Shown here: positions 49,279-62,736 of the stretch, piece after piece
Layout: each line of letters begins with the position of its first letter
Position numbering within the stretch: the stretch's first letter is position 1
Assembly: GCF_037042905.1 (NCBI RefSeq)
Contig: NC_087246.1
Coordinates: 3,226,001-3,290,000, forward strand
Length of the DNA: 64,000 nucleotides
Direction of reading: 5' to 3'
Source: Lytechinus pictus
Taxonomy: Eukaryota
Notes under the pieces: generated by a model
The model's database searches: none
The model's input: only the letters and a program-made list of their open reading frames with translations
What the model was told of the DNA's origin: nothing
Program-made: the position numbers and the translations under genes

Positions 49279-51945
49279 AGGAAAATACTTATGTAAAAAT
49301 GAGGTAGCTAGGGCAGTCACCGCATTCTTCTTGAAAAGAGAACCGTGAGATGCGAGATAGAATAGTTACGAGAATAGACACACCCCTCCGTTACCCTTTC
49401 CTGACGTGATTACAGACCTATCATGTCCGACTCGATTCTTTATTACCCATCTCATCAGAGTAAACCAATACCTCATCTCTCTATCGTACCTTTCAAAATT
49501 TGTTTAATCGAAATTATTGTAATTTTAATAGTGTGTATTCATGCAAAAAAATCAAATGATTTTGATTGCACTTCAAGTAAGAAAATGAACACAAAAATTA
49601 ACGATTGAAAGAAAAGATACATTTGTCATTCAGAGAAATCCCATTAATACCTGCTATGTATTTGCTTGTATATTGTCCTCGTATCGTTATTGGAATGTTA
49701 ATGTAGAATAAGTTGACTCAGTACTGTTTGTTTCGTTTGTGTAAAAAGTATTTCATTATATTAAAGTGCCTTAATAGGCATTTTAATGAATTAAGTTCGA
49801 GGTAAATATAGTACTGCCTATATACATGTATATATTGTTCATGGATGTTGAGTATTTTGCTAAGTATAGTTGCTTGATGAAAAGAAAAAAAAGGTTAGTT
49901 TTGTTATAAAGAAATTATTTTATGAATGTTTGCAGTTAATTGTGACATTCTGTACATTTTACTGGTTCGTATTCTGTGAATGTTTATTTTAGGTCTTTAT
50001 ATATAATTTCTGTTGGAGTCATTCCTCACGCTACTTATTTGTTTAACAAAGATAACTACCGAATCACATTGTGTCCTTTGACTTTATTAGCCAAGTAATA
50101 TTCTATGCTCTTTTATGTATTTGTATGAAAGCAAAGGTCTATTTGGAATATAGTTCAATTTTTTAAATAGACCTTAGAAATGATTTATATTTAGAGTTTC
50201 ATGTATAAAGTGTGTATATTTTTTGGTTAAGTAGGTCTTCTCTCTATATATTTTTTTGTTTGAGTAATAGTTATGTCATACATCTGTACATTTTCAGAAT
50301 ATGTTTAGTAGATAAAATAATCAAGTTTATCATTTTAGTTACATGTAGGCCTATATGTATATATGTTTGAAGCCGGGATGATAGTGTTAGGCTTTGGCAT
50401 CTGTTGCGTAAGGGACGCCATTTATGACTGATTTAGAATTTTGGAATCAGCCTGCGTTAGTGTGTTAAATTAAAAAATTATGGAAATCTTAAACTGTGAA
50501 TACAGTTATGACATTATGATGTAACCACATTATAAATGGTTCTCGTTCTTGTAAATATCGCATATAGAGTTGTAACCGAATAGACGCTCAAATAGCTGCA
50601 GCGTCAATATATCAAATGGTATATGATTCAAAATGAAAGTGCTGCAGGTTTCTTTCGAGTGAGTTAAAACGGTATCCACTATTATCTAAACATATCTTTG
50701 GGGATATAATCATGTCATAACACCTTTCTGTTTATTCTCTCATGGACAAAGATCTCAGGAACCACAGATGAATGTGAGAATTGTGTAACGAACTTCGCCC
50801 ATTTCATGTTTTTGGTGACAGGAATTAATATCGCTTCCCTGAATTTACTGCTATATAAGCTCGCATTAGTTCTTGTTATCCAGTATACCATTGTGCTCTT
50901 AATTTGAATGCATTTTAAAGGTTGACTTCCTATTTGTCTTGCATGTGGGAATTATTTTTGACATTAATGAGTTGACCATGGAATACGAGTACAGACATAT
51001 AATGATAGACTTTTTACATGATTTTAGATAACAACCAAGATGAATACATCATTCAGTTTGTGTTATCCATGTACTTGGTAGAGTGTGTTTCATTTGACAA
51101 GAAATATTCTTTGGTATTCACTTCTACTGTTCGCACCTCTGTACATCTCCTCATAATAGTGGAATTGGGACATATAAGTCAGTATACTATATGCATCGAC
51201 GTGTACATGACTAAATAGACTTACAACAGTACGAAGTTCAGTCTTGACAACTAATCGATAAAGCAATTTTTTATGCTGAGAAATGTAAAGGTAACGCTAA
51301 GCTTGAATGGTGCAAACCTTTCTTTATTCACCCTTTTTACGAATCAATCATAGTTGGTCAAAGAATAGAACCACAGAAATACGCTCATTATTCATCGAGC
51401 AGCCCTGGTGAATGAAAGAAAAAAAAGTCAGTTGAAATTTTAGTTTTCAAATCAAACACGACATGTTTTGATGATATTAGGTATAGGCCCATATTCCCGC
51501 TAGGAAAATGGCTAGAAGCGGAGGATTCAGCAATATATCTAAATCGGGTGTTATTATCACATTTATTAAACTTGCAGGCTTGACGCAAAAGCATCGCATG
51601 ATCTGTCATGATTGATTACTTTAAAACAAACATCCTCTGTTTGGTTTAATTAGTGGTATGTGTAAAATTTACTGTAAATTATTTCTGATATCTGAGTTCT
51701 TTCATTATCTGTTGAAATGGCGCTTTTTGTACATTCCGTATAAATGTTTTTTTTTATCAAATGCTTATTGTCAGCTTCTCTTTATATTCAAAGTAGGTTA
51801 AAAGCGTATAAAGATTAAAACTATGTTGTCTCTTTTGGTTAATAAAATTGGTGAAAAGTTCTTTCTGAAATTTCGTTCATAAACGTGTCTTTTTATCTTC
51901 GATCTCTGCACGGTACAAGACCACAAAAAAGGATAACATACAAGG

Positions 51946-52317
51946 GGTAAATTGCCAATTCGTCCACTCATCACACGGTCTACCTTCATTTAGTCTAATG
52001 CCATTCCGTCAATCAACATTTCGCCTAACAACCATTTGGTCCAATCATTTCGTCTAATCACAATTTCTTCTATGACAGTTTCGTCTCATAACCAGTTGGT
52101 CTGATGTCCATTCCATTGTCATTCATTTTGCACAATCAACACTTAGTCCAATTAGACCAAATGGTATATGGACTAAATGGCTATTGGGTCAACTGGTTAT
52201 TAGACGAAACTGTGAGTGGACGAATTGGCATTTAGACCATGAGGATAGTGGACGAACCGATGATAGACCAAAATGATAGTAGACGAGTTGGTAACTGGAC
52301 GAATTGGAAATAAACCA
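51946..52317. mobile_element. Foldback MITE built from short gtcta/tagac modules
   Basis: ggtaaattgccaattcgtcca is inverted to tggacgaattggaaataaacc. Confidence 0.7.
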
Positions 52318-54567
52318 GACAAGGATGAAAAAGTCCTATCCCTACATCATTGTAGGTTATGGGGAGGGGGTCGGGTCAGATGTGTGAATGATTTTGGTGT
52401 TTCGTGGTGGCGATGAGGAGGAAAGCGGTGATGAGATGGGACTAAAAGGCTACTAAACATTCGTTCCTGTGACATCTGTTCATTCGGCATTTGATTAAAT
52501 CATAACTTGGATTCCGGCTTGGATTTTCTTTCCATTGGAATAATGACGCCAGATCGAATGTCGTGTCGTGCAATTGACGGTGATGGGAGTGGTGGATGTG
52601 CTCATAGTGATGGTGGGATGTTGGCCGGGGATGTTGGTTGTGACCGTGTTGATAGTGGGAGGTGGTTGTGATGGTGATGGGATATAGTTGTGATGGGTGT
52701 TGGTGCTTGTGATAAGGGTACGCTGAACGGTTTTGAAAGTGGGGGGTTGATTTTAAAAAAGTGGGGCAGTCCCCCTCCCCGGTTCTGCGGCGGTTCATGG
52801 TGACCGTGTCGCGTCGCGGTGGTGATGCATGATGGCAGTGTGTTGGTGGCGATGATTATGATAGTCATGATGATGTTCGATAGCGGTGGTGGTTATGATG
52901 GTGATGGCGGTGGTTGGATGTGATCGATGGTGGTTGTGATCATGATGACGATGTTCCATACGATGGTTGATGAGATGCTGCCTTCGTCGTACAAAGGGCG
53001 TTATTTGTCCATAAATCACGTCTCAATATTGGTAATATAAGTCATGTTCTTGAAATACAATTCCCTTTGATTTATGAGTCGAGTTTCCTCGGGCGAATTG
53101 ATATCCAAGTTTGACGAAATTAATTTTGAACTTCAGGAATTCTCACCGAAGGACGGGTTATCATTACGCATCGAATCTGCATGTCCCTTCAACAAAAATC
53201 AAACTTGACCTTGAATAATCTGGCATAGCAAAATGGAATTCTACCATTCTCATACAATTACTTGTGACGTTTCTCTTTTCCCCTTTCTTTCAAATTATAA
53301 TTCCACACGACTTCTCGGCGCTCGTCATTATTAGAACATTCTTTCTGGTGATAATGTTTTCCGATTTTTTTTTTTACCTCCCTCAATAGTGATCTGGTTT
53401 TCTCTCCCTGAACCAATTTTCTCTTCGTTATTTCACTTTTTCTTAGCTGTCTTTATCCTCAAAGATAAAGATACATCATATCTTGTAACATGTGCATGGA
53501 TGTACAAACACTTCATGATATATACCCATTCAACTCCTGTCCCCTTTCACTCAATGCAATTCTATTCATGCCGACGCCCCCCCCCCCCCCCTTCCCACAC
53601 ATATATTCTCTTTTCTCATGTCCTTTCTTCCACCCCCGTGTTATCTCCCCCTCTCCTTGATCCTCTTTGTGGTCCTTTTTTTTTGGGGGGGGGGGGTACG
53701 ATTCAAGCAAAAGTCTTACTGATGATACAGTAAAAAAAAGCCTAGCTGAGGGCTAGAATGAAGGAATTGCTACTCTTCATGAATTCGACCTTATGTCGAA
53801 GTAACACCAGGAAATTCGATTCTGAATCGAAATGGTTTACATTTTCATTGTATGATTTATCTTATTCATATGTCCATTGTAAAATATGTATATGTACTTT
53901 CTATCGTTGCAGGGCCTCTTTGTAAATCAATTCTATAACTGAAAGGGCTACCCTGCGTAAATAAAACTGAAATAGATAGATAAATAAATGCAATAACTAG
54001 CTTTGATATGTATCATGAGTATGGAACCGGTTGCAATGCTTCCAAGCTCGTCATGTTCATGTTTGTACTCCACATCACACTACTTACTCCTCGATCAGTT
54101 CCTCCTCTTCATAATTAATTCATTTGTGACTTCTAACCTGTATAACAAACAATGCATGAATTATGAAGTACTTATCATGAATTCCTGTCACAAACTACCG
54201 TCTGTCGATACCATTCGATTATCAACATGAGTGGTTACACCTATCTTCTTCAGCTGGTTTAAAGGTCAAGTCCAACACAACAAGAGTTAATGTGTATGGA
54301 TAGAGAAAAATCAAACAAGCTGAAGTTTCATTAAAATCAGAAGTGTAACAAGAAGCCTTTAAGTTCTGCTTCTAGAGTATCTTAACACAACTCTAAGGTA
54401 CCATGATAAGCAAATGAGAGAGTTAAAGACATGACTTTTTTTTTATTATGCGAACTTTGAAATGTCATAACTTTCTTATCTCACATCCAACTTTTATGAA
54501 ATTTCAGTATTATGATCAATCTGTTTTTCTCTACTTCAAATTATTTTTGTAGGGGCCCTGCCCTTAA

Positions 54568-55337
54568 CCCTCAATCACCCGGGGTATTTTGATTCTTGTC
54601 ATTCCCGGGGGGGGGGGCCATTATGGCCCCCCCCCCTTAAGATCTTGGCCGCTGATCGCTCGAGCGACGCAAAAATTTGCATGCTGGTTGTGTGCGATGT
54701 AATCTACAAGGCTGTATGGTAAAATTTTCCAAAATAATGGGATTTTATTTTATATGAATTAATTATGCTAATTTATGCATAAATCATACTTTTTGCTCTA
54801 ATTCACTAAATAAAGCTCCTAGAATGCTAATTTTTGGTTAAAATATTCTTTGTAGCATTCTTAACAATCGCAATTAAAAAAAAACTTCGGTTTGGAAATC
54901 AATTTCCTATGTATTTTATTGTTTTATGAATTTCTTATGTATTTCCTTGTTTTTTTTACTTTTTGTTTTTTATTGTTTTTTCAATGGAAATCGTTCCAGA
55001 CTTAATTCTGATCATAAGCAAGGCAAAATTAATTAAATTCAATCAGTAAAAGTAGAAATAATGATACATTTATGAATTTTGGCTAAATACACAATTTGCA
55101 TTGGATTTGTACATGAAATCACGTTTATGAGCAATTTTGGGTCTGACATGCACTTACATAATGTTGCGTAATGTCGTAACCGCGTATCCGGGCGTCACAA
55201 ATTTGGTCTCAAAATTTGCGCGAGACTTGAAAGTAAAAAGTCAGTGAGCGGCGAGGTAAAAAAAATTTGCGCAGCGGATATATCGCGAAAATTGTCGAGG
55301 GGGGGCCATTATGGCCCCCCCCCCGGGAGAATTAGGG
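54568..55337. mobile_element. piggyBac-like non-autonomous element
   Basis: TTAA|CCCTCAATCACCCGGGG ... CCCCGGGAGAATTAGGG|TTAA; subterminal gggggccattatggccccc at both ends. Confidence 0.85.
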
Positions 55338-55734
55338 TTAAGAAGCATAGTGCTACCCCAGTGTGTCGATTCAACACACATGTAAATTGAACGTTACCAC
55401 CAAACGCCGGATGGCGAAAATTGTTTACTCAAAGGAAGTGTGTGACAGGCCATCTGGTATGAAGTTAGATTGCATATATTTTGAGCATCTCGTAATGTTT
55501 GCACACAAAATAACAAACAATAAAACAAATCATACTAGAGTCACCATGTCATGTAACCAAAATATAAGTATATTTCAAAAGCATTCATGAATCATTCAAT
55601 TAATGTGAAATACAATGTGTAAAAAAATCATTTAAGATTTCATTGCTTGAGCATTTCAAGACTTGGGTAATAATCAGAGGGAGAAATGAACCTGAAAAAA
55701 CATCTGAAATATTAATATTATCATAAAAGGAGAA

Positions 55735-56024
55735 TAAGAATAAGAAGAAGAGGAGGAGAGGAAGAAGTAGTAGTAGTAGTAGAAGTCGTAGTAGTAGTAG
55801 TAGTAGCATTAGTAGTAGTAGTAGTAGTTATAGTAGTAGTAGTGGTAGTAGTGGTAGTAGTAGTAGTAGTCGTAGTAGTCGTAGTAGTAGTAGTAGTCGT
55901 AGTAGTAGTAGCATTAGTAGTAGTAGTAGTAGTTATAGTAGTAGTAGTAGTAGTAGTAGTAGTATACGTAGTAGTATACGTAGTAGTAGTAGTAGTAGTA
56001 GTAGTAATAGTAGTAGTAGTATAC

Positions 56025-56055
<31 letters not shown>

Positions 56056-56068
56056 AAGTAGTAGTAGC

Positions 56069-56145
<77 letters not shown>

Positions 56146-56170
56146 AAGTAGTAGTAGCAGTATTAGTAGC

Positions 56171-56229
<59 letters not shown>

Positions 56230-56490
56230 AAGTAGTAGTAGTAGAGGAAGAGGAAAAGGAAGAAGAAGAAGGAGAAGGAGAAGAGGAGAAGAAGAATAAG
56301 AAGAAAAAGAAGGAGAAGATGAAGAAGAAAGAAGATGAAGAAGTAGAAGTAGTAGTAGTAGTAGTAGTAGATGTAGTAGTAGTAGTAGTAGTAGTAGTAG
56401 ATGTAGTAGTAGCAGTAGTAGTAGCAGCAGCAGTAGCTGTAGCAATGGTAAAAGTAGAAAAATAGAAATGGTGGTGGTAGTAGAAGTAGT
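55735..56490. repeat. Long (AGT)n microsatellite with an (AGA/AGG) block
   Basis: Seen directly; explains the poly-T, poly-V and poly-L ORFs. Confidence 0.97.
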
Positions 56491-57166
56491 CGCAGTCATC
56501 TACTCTGTCATATCCATACACATCACACTAATCATTATCATCATTAACATAATTCAATATCATACTTAAGCTGAGTTGTCATTTTATGCAAAATGGATTA
56601 AGTACTGAGAGAAATGGCATACCATACATAATATTAAAGAATAAACTTGTAGTGAAAATCAAATGGAACTAAACAAAGGTATACACATTAATATCATGCA
56701 TATGTTACCAATACCATCAACAGGAACACAATAAACTAATCTGAGCCAGATATTTGTGGCATTACTCACTATAAAAGTTATCAGATATGTCAGAGTTTAC
56801 TACAGTTTTATGCAATGGGGCACATGGCTCACATCACTTCTAAACGAAATCATTCCATGCCAAAGGAGAGCCCTGAAGACACTAATTGTGAAGGAATGAC
56901 TGACACTTAACCAGCAGAAATGCGGGTCAGTTATTGCAGTACTCATTTTGGCTTGAGAAGATGCCACGATAGTGCATATAACATCCGATTTATAAGTCAT
57001 GACACCAATCCAATGGACCACATAGAAAAGTAAATACACTGAAATCTGGGCCAATGTTTTTTATTCTTTGAAATGATTTGGTATAAAAAAGGGAAAGAAC
57101 AAGATTAGTCAACACATTTACTAATTTAAATTGAGTAAGTAATAATATAAATAAGAGACAAAGTTA

Positions 57167-58210
57167 AACAAGAGTGTCGCTAAGGCGAGCACAAAATACG
57201 CCCGCCTGTAACACGGAAAATTGAGTTATTGGTCAAGCAAGAAAAGTGGAAGGCTGCGACTTCACCTTTGACCTTCTGACCTCAATCAAAATCAATAGAA
57301 TTGCTGGGATCAATGCTAGTATTATACACACCAAATTATATGCGTCTAGGTTAAGTTAACCTAAAGTTACCGCGTTAACAAGGACTTCAGAAGGGTAAGA
57401 TAAAAACATGTCACTGTGATCTTGACCTTTGACCTTTTGACCTCGAAATCAATAGGTTTCCTGGGATCTATGCTAGTATCATACACACCAAATTATATGA
57501 GACTAGGTTAAAGTTAAACTGAAGTTATCACATTTACAAGGACTGCAGTAGGGTAAGATGAAAATATGTCACTGTGACCATGACCATTGACCTCAAAATC
57601 AATAGGCTTCTTGGGATCCCTGCAAGTATCATACACACCAAATTATATGAGCCTAGGTTGACTTAAACTAAAGTTATCGCATTTACAAGGACTGCAGAAG
57701 GGCAAGATGAAAACATGTCAGTGTGACCTTGACCTGGCTTCCTGGGATCCATGCCAGTATTATACATACCAAATTATATGAGCCTAGGTTAGGTTAAACT
57801 GAATTTATCGCATTTACAAGGATTGCAGAAGGGTAAGATGAAAACATGTCACTGTGACCTTGACCTTTGGACCTCAAAATCAATATGCTTCCTTGGATCT
57901 ATGCTAGTATTATACACATCAAATTATATGAGCCTAGAATAAGTTAAACTGAAGTTATCACGCTTACAAGGACTGCAGAAGGGTAAGATGAAAACATGTC
58001 ACTGTGACCTTGACCTTTGACCTTTTGACCTCAAAATCGATAGGCTTCCTAGGATCTATGCTAGTATTATACATACCAAATTATATGAGCCTAGGTTAAG
58101 TTAAACTGAAGTTATCGCGTTTACAAGGAAAAGTTAATGGACAGACAGACGGACGGACGAACGGACACCGAGTGTGATACCATAATACGTCCCGTCTAGA
58201 CGGGCGTATA
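57167..58210. mobile_element. Helentron-associated non-autonomous element (HINE/DINE-1/pearl-like) with an internal tandem array of about 150-bp units
   Basis: Subterminal tacgcccgcc; about 6 tandem units of 130-160 bp; (GACA/GACG)n microsatellite; end hairpin atacgtcccgtc-ta-gacgggcgtat; both ends sit in A runs with no TSD. Confidence 0.82.
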
Positions 58211-59472
58211 AAAATTGTGAACATAAAATTAACACCTTAAGCCTTTTCAAAATCAAGATGAAATACATGTCATGCATACTAAGTTTTATATTGATAAAAA
58301 CATATCTGAACAAATAACATAAAGAGAATGAAATAAAGAGGTTTGTCATTTTCATTCTCAGGAGAAATATTCAAAATGGCTGTTACAGGAATCAATCATT
58401 TTGTTGCATTTTCATCCATAGCTCAGATGGTTTTCAATATTATCAAATGCTTCCAATGTATATTGCAATGTTGGGCATTAGATTTGTTCTTAGTTTTCTT
58501 ACAAACTATAACACACATGTCAACATCATTTTTAAGCAACAAAATATGTTTTTAAAAATTCACAACAAAACAATGAGACAGTTATTTAAAGAAGATAAAA
58601 CTTAAATTATTACTACTTGTGTAGTAACCCGAGAATCTTTTTGAAAGTGTTCCTCACCTCATATATCATATAAAATTCTGGAGCATCAACATGAGTTATC
58701 CTTTAAATCTACAAATGTTATCCCATGTTATTCCTCAGACAGGATGTTAAATGGAGGTCCTGTGTAGAGAAGCGTCACTACCTTTGCTTTTTAGGTGAAA
58801 ACCATGTGTAGTGGTCCACCTGCACACCCCAAACTTCAGTTATGTTAGGAGAGTCCTGGGGTCTAGATAAAATACAGTTTTTAGGGATATGTTTTATCAT
58901 ACTGCTAATAGGCAGGCTAAAAATGAATATATGTGCTCTTAAATTGAAATAATAATACAAGGATCGAAAGATCTAGGTTCTCTCTGAAAGACATCGTAAG
59001 AAGGTTATAACACCAAAAGGACACCAGGACATTCATTATGGTTTCTAAAACCAGGAACCTCATCCTTGCTGTGACACTTCTGCCATTCCACTGAATCATT
59101 GTGACTTTTGAATATAAAAAAATGTTCAATAAGATATTAAGGAGCTTTCATTTCACATGACAACAGATGGTTTTATGACAATTAATTGATGACTGAACAA
59201 TTCTGAAGTTTCATCAATTTACCAGTTTACTGCTTGGGAAGTGAATTAGCGTTGTCCTGAAAACAACAGCATGACAATAGAGTGTTGGTCATGTGATCAT
59301 TTTCAGTATGTCCCTGGGATTATGTCCTGTCCTAAAAACAAGACGATTTATTTGCAGGGCTGAAACACTTTAAGATCTGACAGCACAGGCATACTTATCA
59401 ATCACCATAGAAGAATCCATCATCCAAAACTAAAGCTCTTTATTACCATGAACCTACAGCAGCATTACTCTA

Positions 59473-59690
59473 TCATCTCTTATCCTCAACATTCTTGGAG
59501 CTGTCGTACTTCAGATATTTCTTGCTGGAACCTTTGACCACGGCCGCTGGATACTTGTGGGCATTAAGGGCTATCTTATCAAGCGCAGCAGTTGGTAAGT
59601 CAATGTGGCACTTCTGTGCAAGGCGTATGAGATAGATGAGGACATCACTAAGTTCTTGTCCAAGGTGGACTTTGTCTTCATCTGACCAGT
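59473..59690 (-). CDS. DCTPP1: dCTP pyrophosphatase 1 (MazG-like NTP-PPase), last coding exon; upstream exons not found in the window
   Basis: Minus-strand translation after a cacAG acceptor: WSDEDKVHLGQELSDVLIYLIRLAQKCHIDLPTAALDKIALNAHKYPAAVVKGSSKKYLKYDSSKNVEDKR-stop. ELSDVLIYL...C.IDL...K...N..KYP...SS.KY is the DCTPP1 signature. Confidence 0.92.
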
Positions 59691-59754
59691 CTGTGTTTGA
59701 GAGAATGAAAAATTAACAAGAGAAACAATGAGAATTGCCTGTAGCTGTAAAATC

Positions 59755-60175
59755 AATGACAGACAACTTGGTGGGGCAAATTAGGTGGATGACGTACCCA
59801 AGTTCTTGTCCATGGTTGAGTACCCCCCCCCCCCTTTCCCTTTCTCAGACCAGTCAGTAATCAAGCCAATGAAAAGTTCTTAGCACTGTAATTATGAGAA
59901 ACAGTGATGACATTTTAAGTGTGGATGGCAAACCAATGTGGCATTTCTGGTTGGAAAATGAGAGATAGATGAAGATATTATCACTGAGGTTTTTGTCAAG
60001 GTGAATTATATCCTGGTCAGACCAGTCTGTATAGTTTCAAGACAATGAGAGGTAATCAAGGTACAATGGGGACTATCTTGTTTCAACTTCAACTTGTGGC
60101 ACCTCTGGGTAATGTGTATGCAGTAGACAGTGATAATGCTCTGCTTTGTTCATTTCAGACCAGTCTTTGACTATT
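59755..60175 (-). pseudogene. Three decayed tandem copies of the DCTPP1 last-exon acceptor and 5' part
   Basis: GACCAGTC recurs at 59684, 59848, 60020 and 60158, with degenerate copies of aagttcttgtccaagg, gagatagatga and aatgtggca. Confidence 0.65.
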
Positions 60176-61526
60176 CATGACAACAAACTTGATCAAAAGG
60201 ATGATTAAGCACATGGGAAATAAGTATTAAACTCAAGACTCATACAACAAATATTCTGGTACTGGAACATAATCTTTATTCTGGTATTTCCACCCTTCTA
60301 TTATGATGTAACATGATTCATGCAACAATTGAATAACTTTCTTCATTATCAAAATGTTTTGATTTTTGTTTCCAGTATTCAATAGAGTAACTTTTAAGTC
60401 AAATAATTTTGTTTTCTATATCAAATTAAAATTTCAAATCAGAATTAGAGATGATGACCACAATCTTTTGTAAATACAGTGACAAATCCACTCGCAGATT
60501 TGCCACAAATTTGCATTTCTTTCTTCATTTCTAAGGCAGTAAACATATTCGCCTCATCTAAATATATGCCTGAATAGAGCTTATTTGCAATGATTGTAAC
60601 TGAAGAGAACAATATGAGAAAATAAAGATTTCAAATCAGATATGACTTATCATGACTAACCCAAATAGGCCCTAAGTAGAGGAAATATGTCAAGGTTATG
60701 GTTTTATGTAAATACATGTATTTACAGGTACACAATTGATTTGGTCTGTTATCAAAACATTTGACTGTATTATTCAACAATCATTCTTTATTTCAATATT
60801 GATACTAACTACAATGATAAACAAAAACATGTTCCATTTCATGGCTCAATTTCCACCAATATTTTGGGTCATTATATGGAATTCATAGAGTTTATGGGTT
60901 GATGGAACTTTTTCTTTCTTTTTTTTCATAAAATTTGAACAAAGAATTTCAAAAGGACCAATGAAGCAACATGATAGACATTTCAAGTCTAGTCTATAAT
61001 CTACATGTGAGACTCATTGACTCTGTAAACAATTTATCTTGCTTTGATTTAAAGAAGGCCTATAGGGTTAGGAGTATGATCATGATAGGGTTTGGATTCA
61101 GAATACTGTGAGGAATGAGGATGCACTATGATGTGTACTGGCTAGTCTGGAAGTGACAGAGAAACAGCATTGGAAAAAGGGTATATTTATGTTTTTAGAT
61201 ATGATTCATGCTTGTGATTCGAACTCATGGTGTACCTGAACAGCAGCCTAAATACAATTCATGAAAATCAAAGACAAGCATAATATTTCAGGAGGATGAC
61301 TGTGATTTAGAATTTCAAAAATGACTTGAGGCACACATCTTTCTGCATCCTCCTCAGTTTCCAATTATTAATACTAGCAAAACTTAGTCAATTCCATTTA
61401 ATAAAGTGTGAAATAAAACAAAGTGAAAATTAATAATCTGGACATAAGTCATAAGACTAAATTACAACTAGACTGAGTGAAGGTTGGACCAAATAGTAAT
61501 TAGACCAAAGTGAGAGTAGACCCAGT

Positions 61527-61819
61527 GGCCCGTATTCTGACCATGGTCTAACTCTGTGCTAAAATTATGGGAAGCCATAAGTGTCAAAATTTTTATTAAG
61601 TTGTATGTTTCTTATGTTTACTGTGCTCTTTCCTGATTCATCGATGGTGAAGACAATCATCTATTTATACTTCCTAGACAATTATGAATGATTTGAGAGC
61701 AAAATGAGCTGAAATATGATATCTCTGCTGTTAGTGATTTATGTAACAATTGGCTATCCATACTTAAACCACAACTTTAAACCTGAGTTTAAGTTAAACC
61801 TGACTTCGGAATACGGGCC
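61527..61819. mobile_element. Harbinger-like MITE
   Basis: AGT|GGCCCGTATTCTGA ... TCGGAATACGGGCC|AGT (3-bp TSD). Confidence 0.8.
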
Positions 61820-62258
61820 AGTGGGTTTTATAGCCATTTAAGTATTACACAATCAGTGAATTAAACCAAGTGGATACAACACACTGCTATGAGTATTCAG
61901 TAATGTGACATCTGTTCTTCTCTGAAGATATAAGGTGAGGATTAGGGTTGTGATAAATAGGTTTCTCAAGGGTCAAGTAAGAATTAGGATTAAGATTAAG
62001 GTAAGGCTTGAAGATTGCATTTATATGTTTTGCTTAATGTGTGCATTTACTGTGAGTCTGTAGGATAACAGTCACAGGAGCACCCATTATTCACATACCA
62101 CTATATTCTCAAGTATGAAAGGGGCCTGAACTTCTCTAGTGATAATGAACCATTTTACCCAGGTTCAAAGTAAAAAAAAAAAAGAAGAGGTTTATATCAC
62201 ATTTTTGTACCCAAGGCAGACAGATCTACATGCTGTGAAATGAAACCAAACTCACAAT

Positions 62259-62736
62259 AGGTGGTTTCAGACCGCCTCGAAGTTCGCCAGTTCCAGGTAT
62301 TCTCTGATCGGGAAATTTACCCCGATCAGAAAATACCAGGTATTTTGGCGGTCTGAAAGCAAACTACGCGTAATATCCCCGAAAGAAAATACCCGATAAA
62401 TAGTAGGTACTTGGCGAAATTACGAGAACTTTCGCGGGGATTTTTCCAAGGTCGTGGGTATTTTGGCGGTCTGAAAGCAAATTACGGGAACTTTTAGCCC
62501 AGCGTGTCGTTGGGTGCGGCGCCATGCATGGGTTGCTGCTGGGCTAGTGATTTTGAATTTCGCGCCTTGCTGCTTATCAGACCATACTGCGCATGCTCGT
62601 AACTTCAGGAACTTATCCCGAAGGGTATGTTTCAGGGCGGTGTGAATGCAGGAATAATTAATGGGTATTTTTCAGCCTAAAAAAGTTCTCGTAATTTAAC
62701 GGGGATTCTTGTGATCGAGGCGGTTTGAAACCACCT
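62259..62736. mobile_element. Harbinger-like MITE, young copy
   Basis: AAT|AGGTGGTTTCAGACCGCCTCGA ... TCGAGGCGGTTTGAAACCACCT|AAT (3-bp TSD). Confidence 0.88.

Noticed and set aside
52442..53019. His/Thr-rich minus-strand ORFs
   Set aside because: Degenerate GGT/GAT low-complexity tract with a small repeat fragment.
55600..56521. Long poly-Thr, poly-Val and poly-Leu ORFs (possible mucin)
   Set aside because: They are translations of an (AGT)n microsatellite, with no splice or domain support.
57260..58130. CRISPR-like array
   Set aside because: Whole units are repeated with no unique spacers; eukaryotic transposon-internal tandem repeat.
61237..61248. Possible 12-nt minus-strand microexon of DCTPP1 (tttag|gctgctgttcag|gtacac)
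   Set aside because: Weak donor, and the peptide does not match the expected DCTPP1 sequence.
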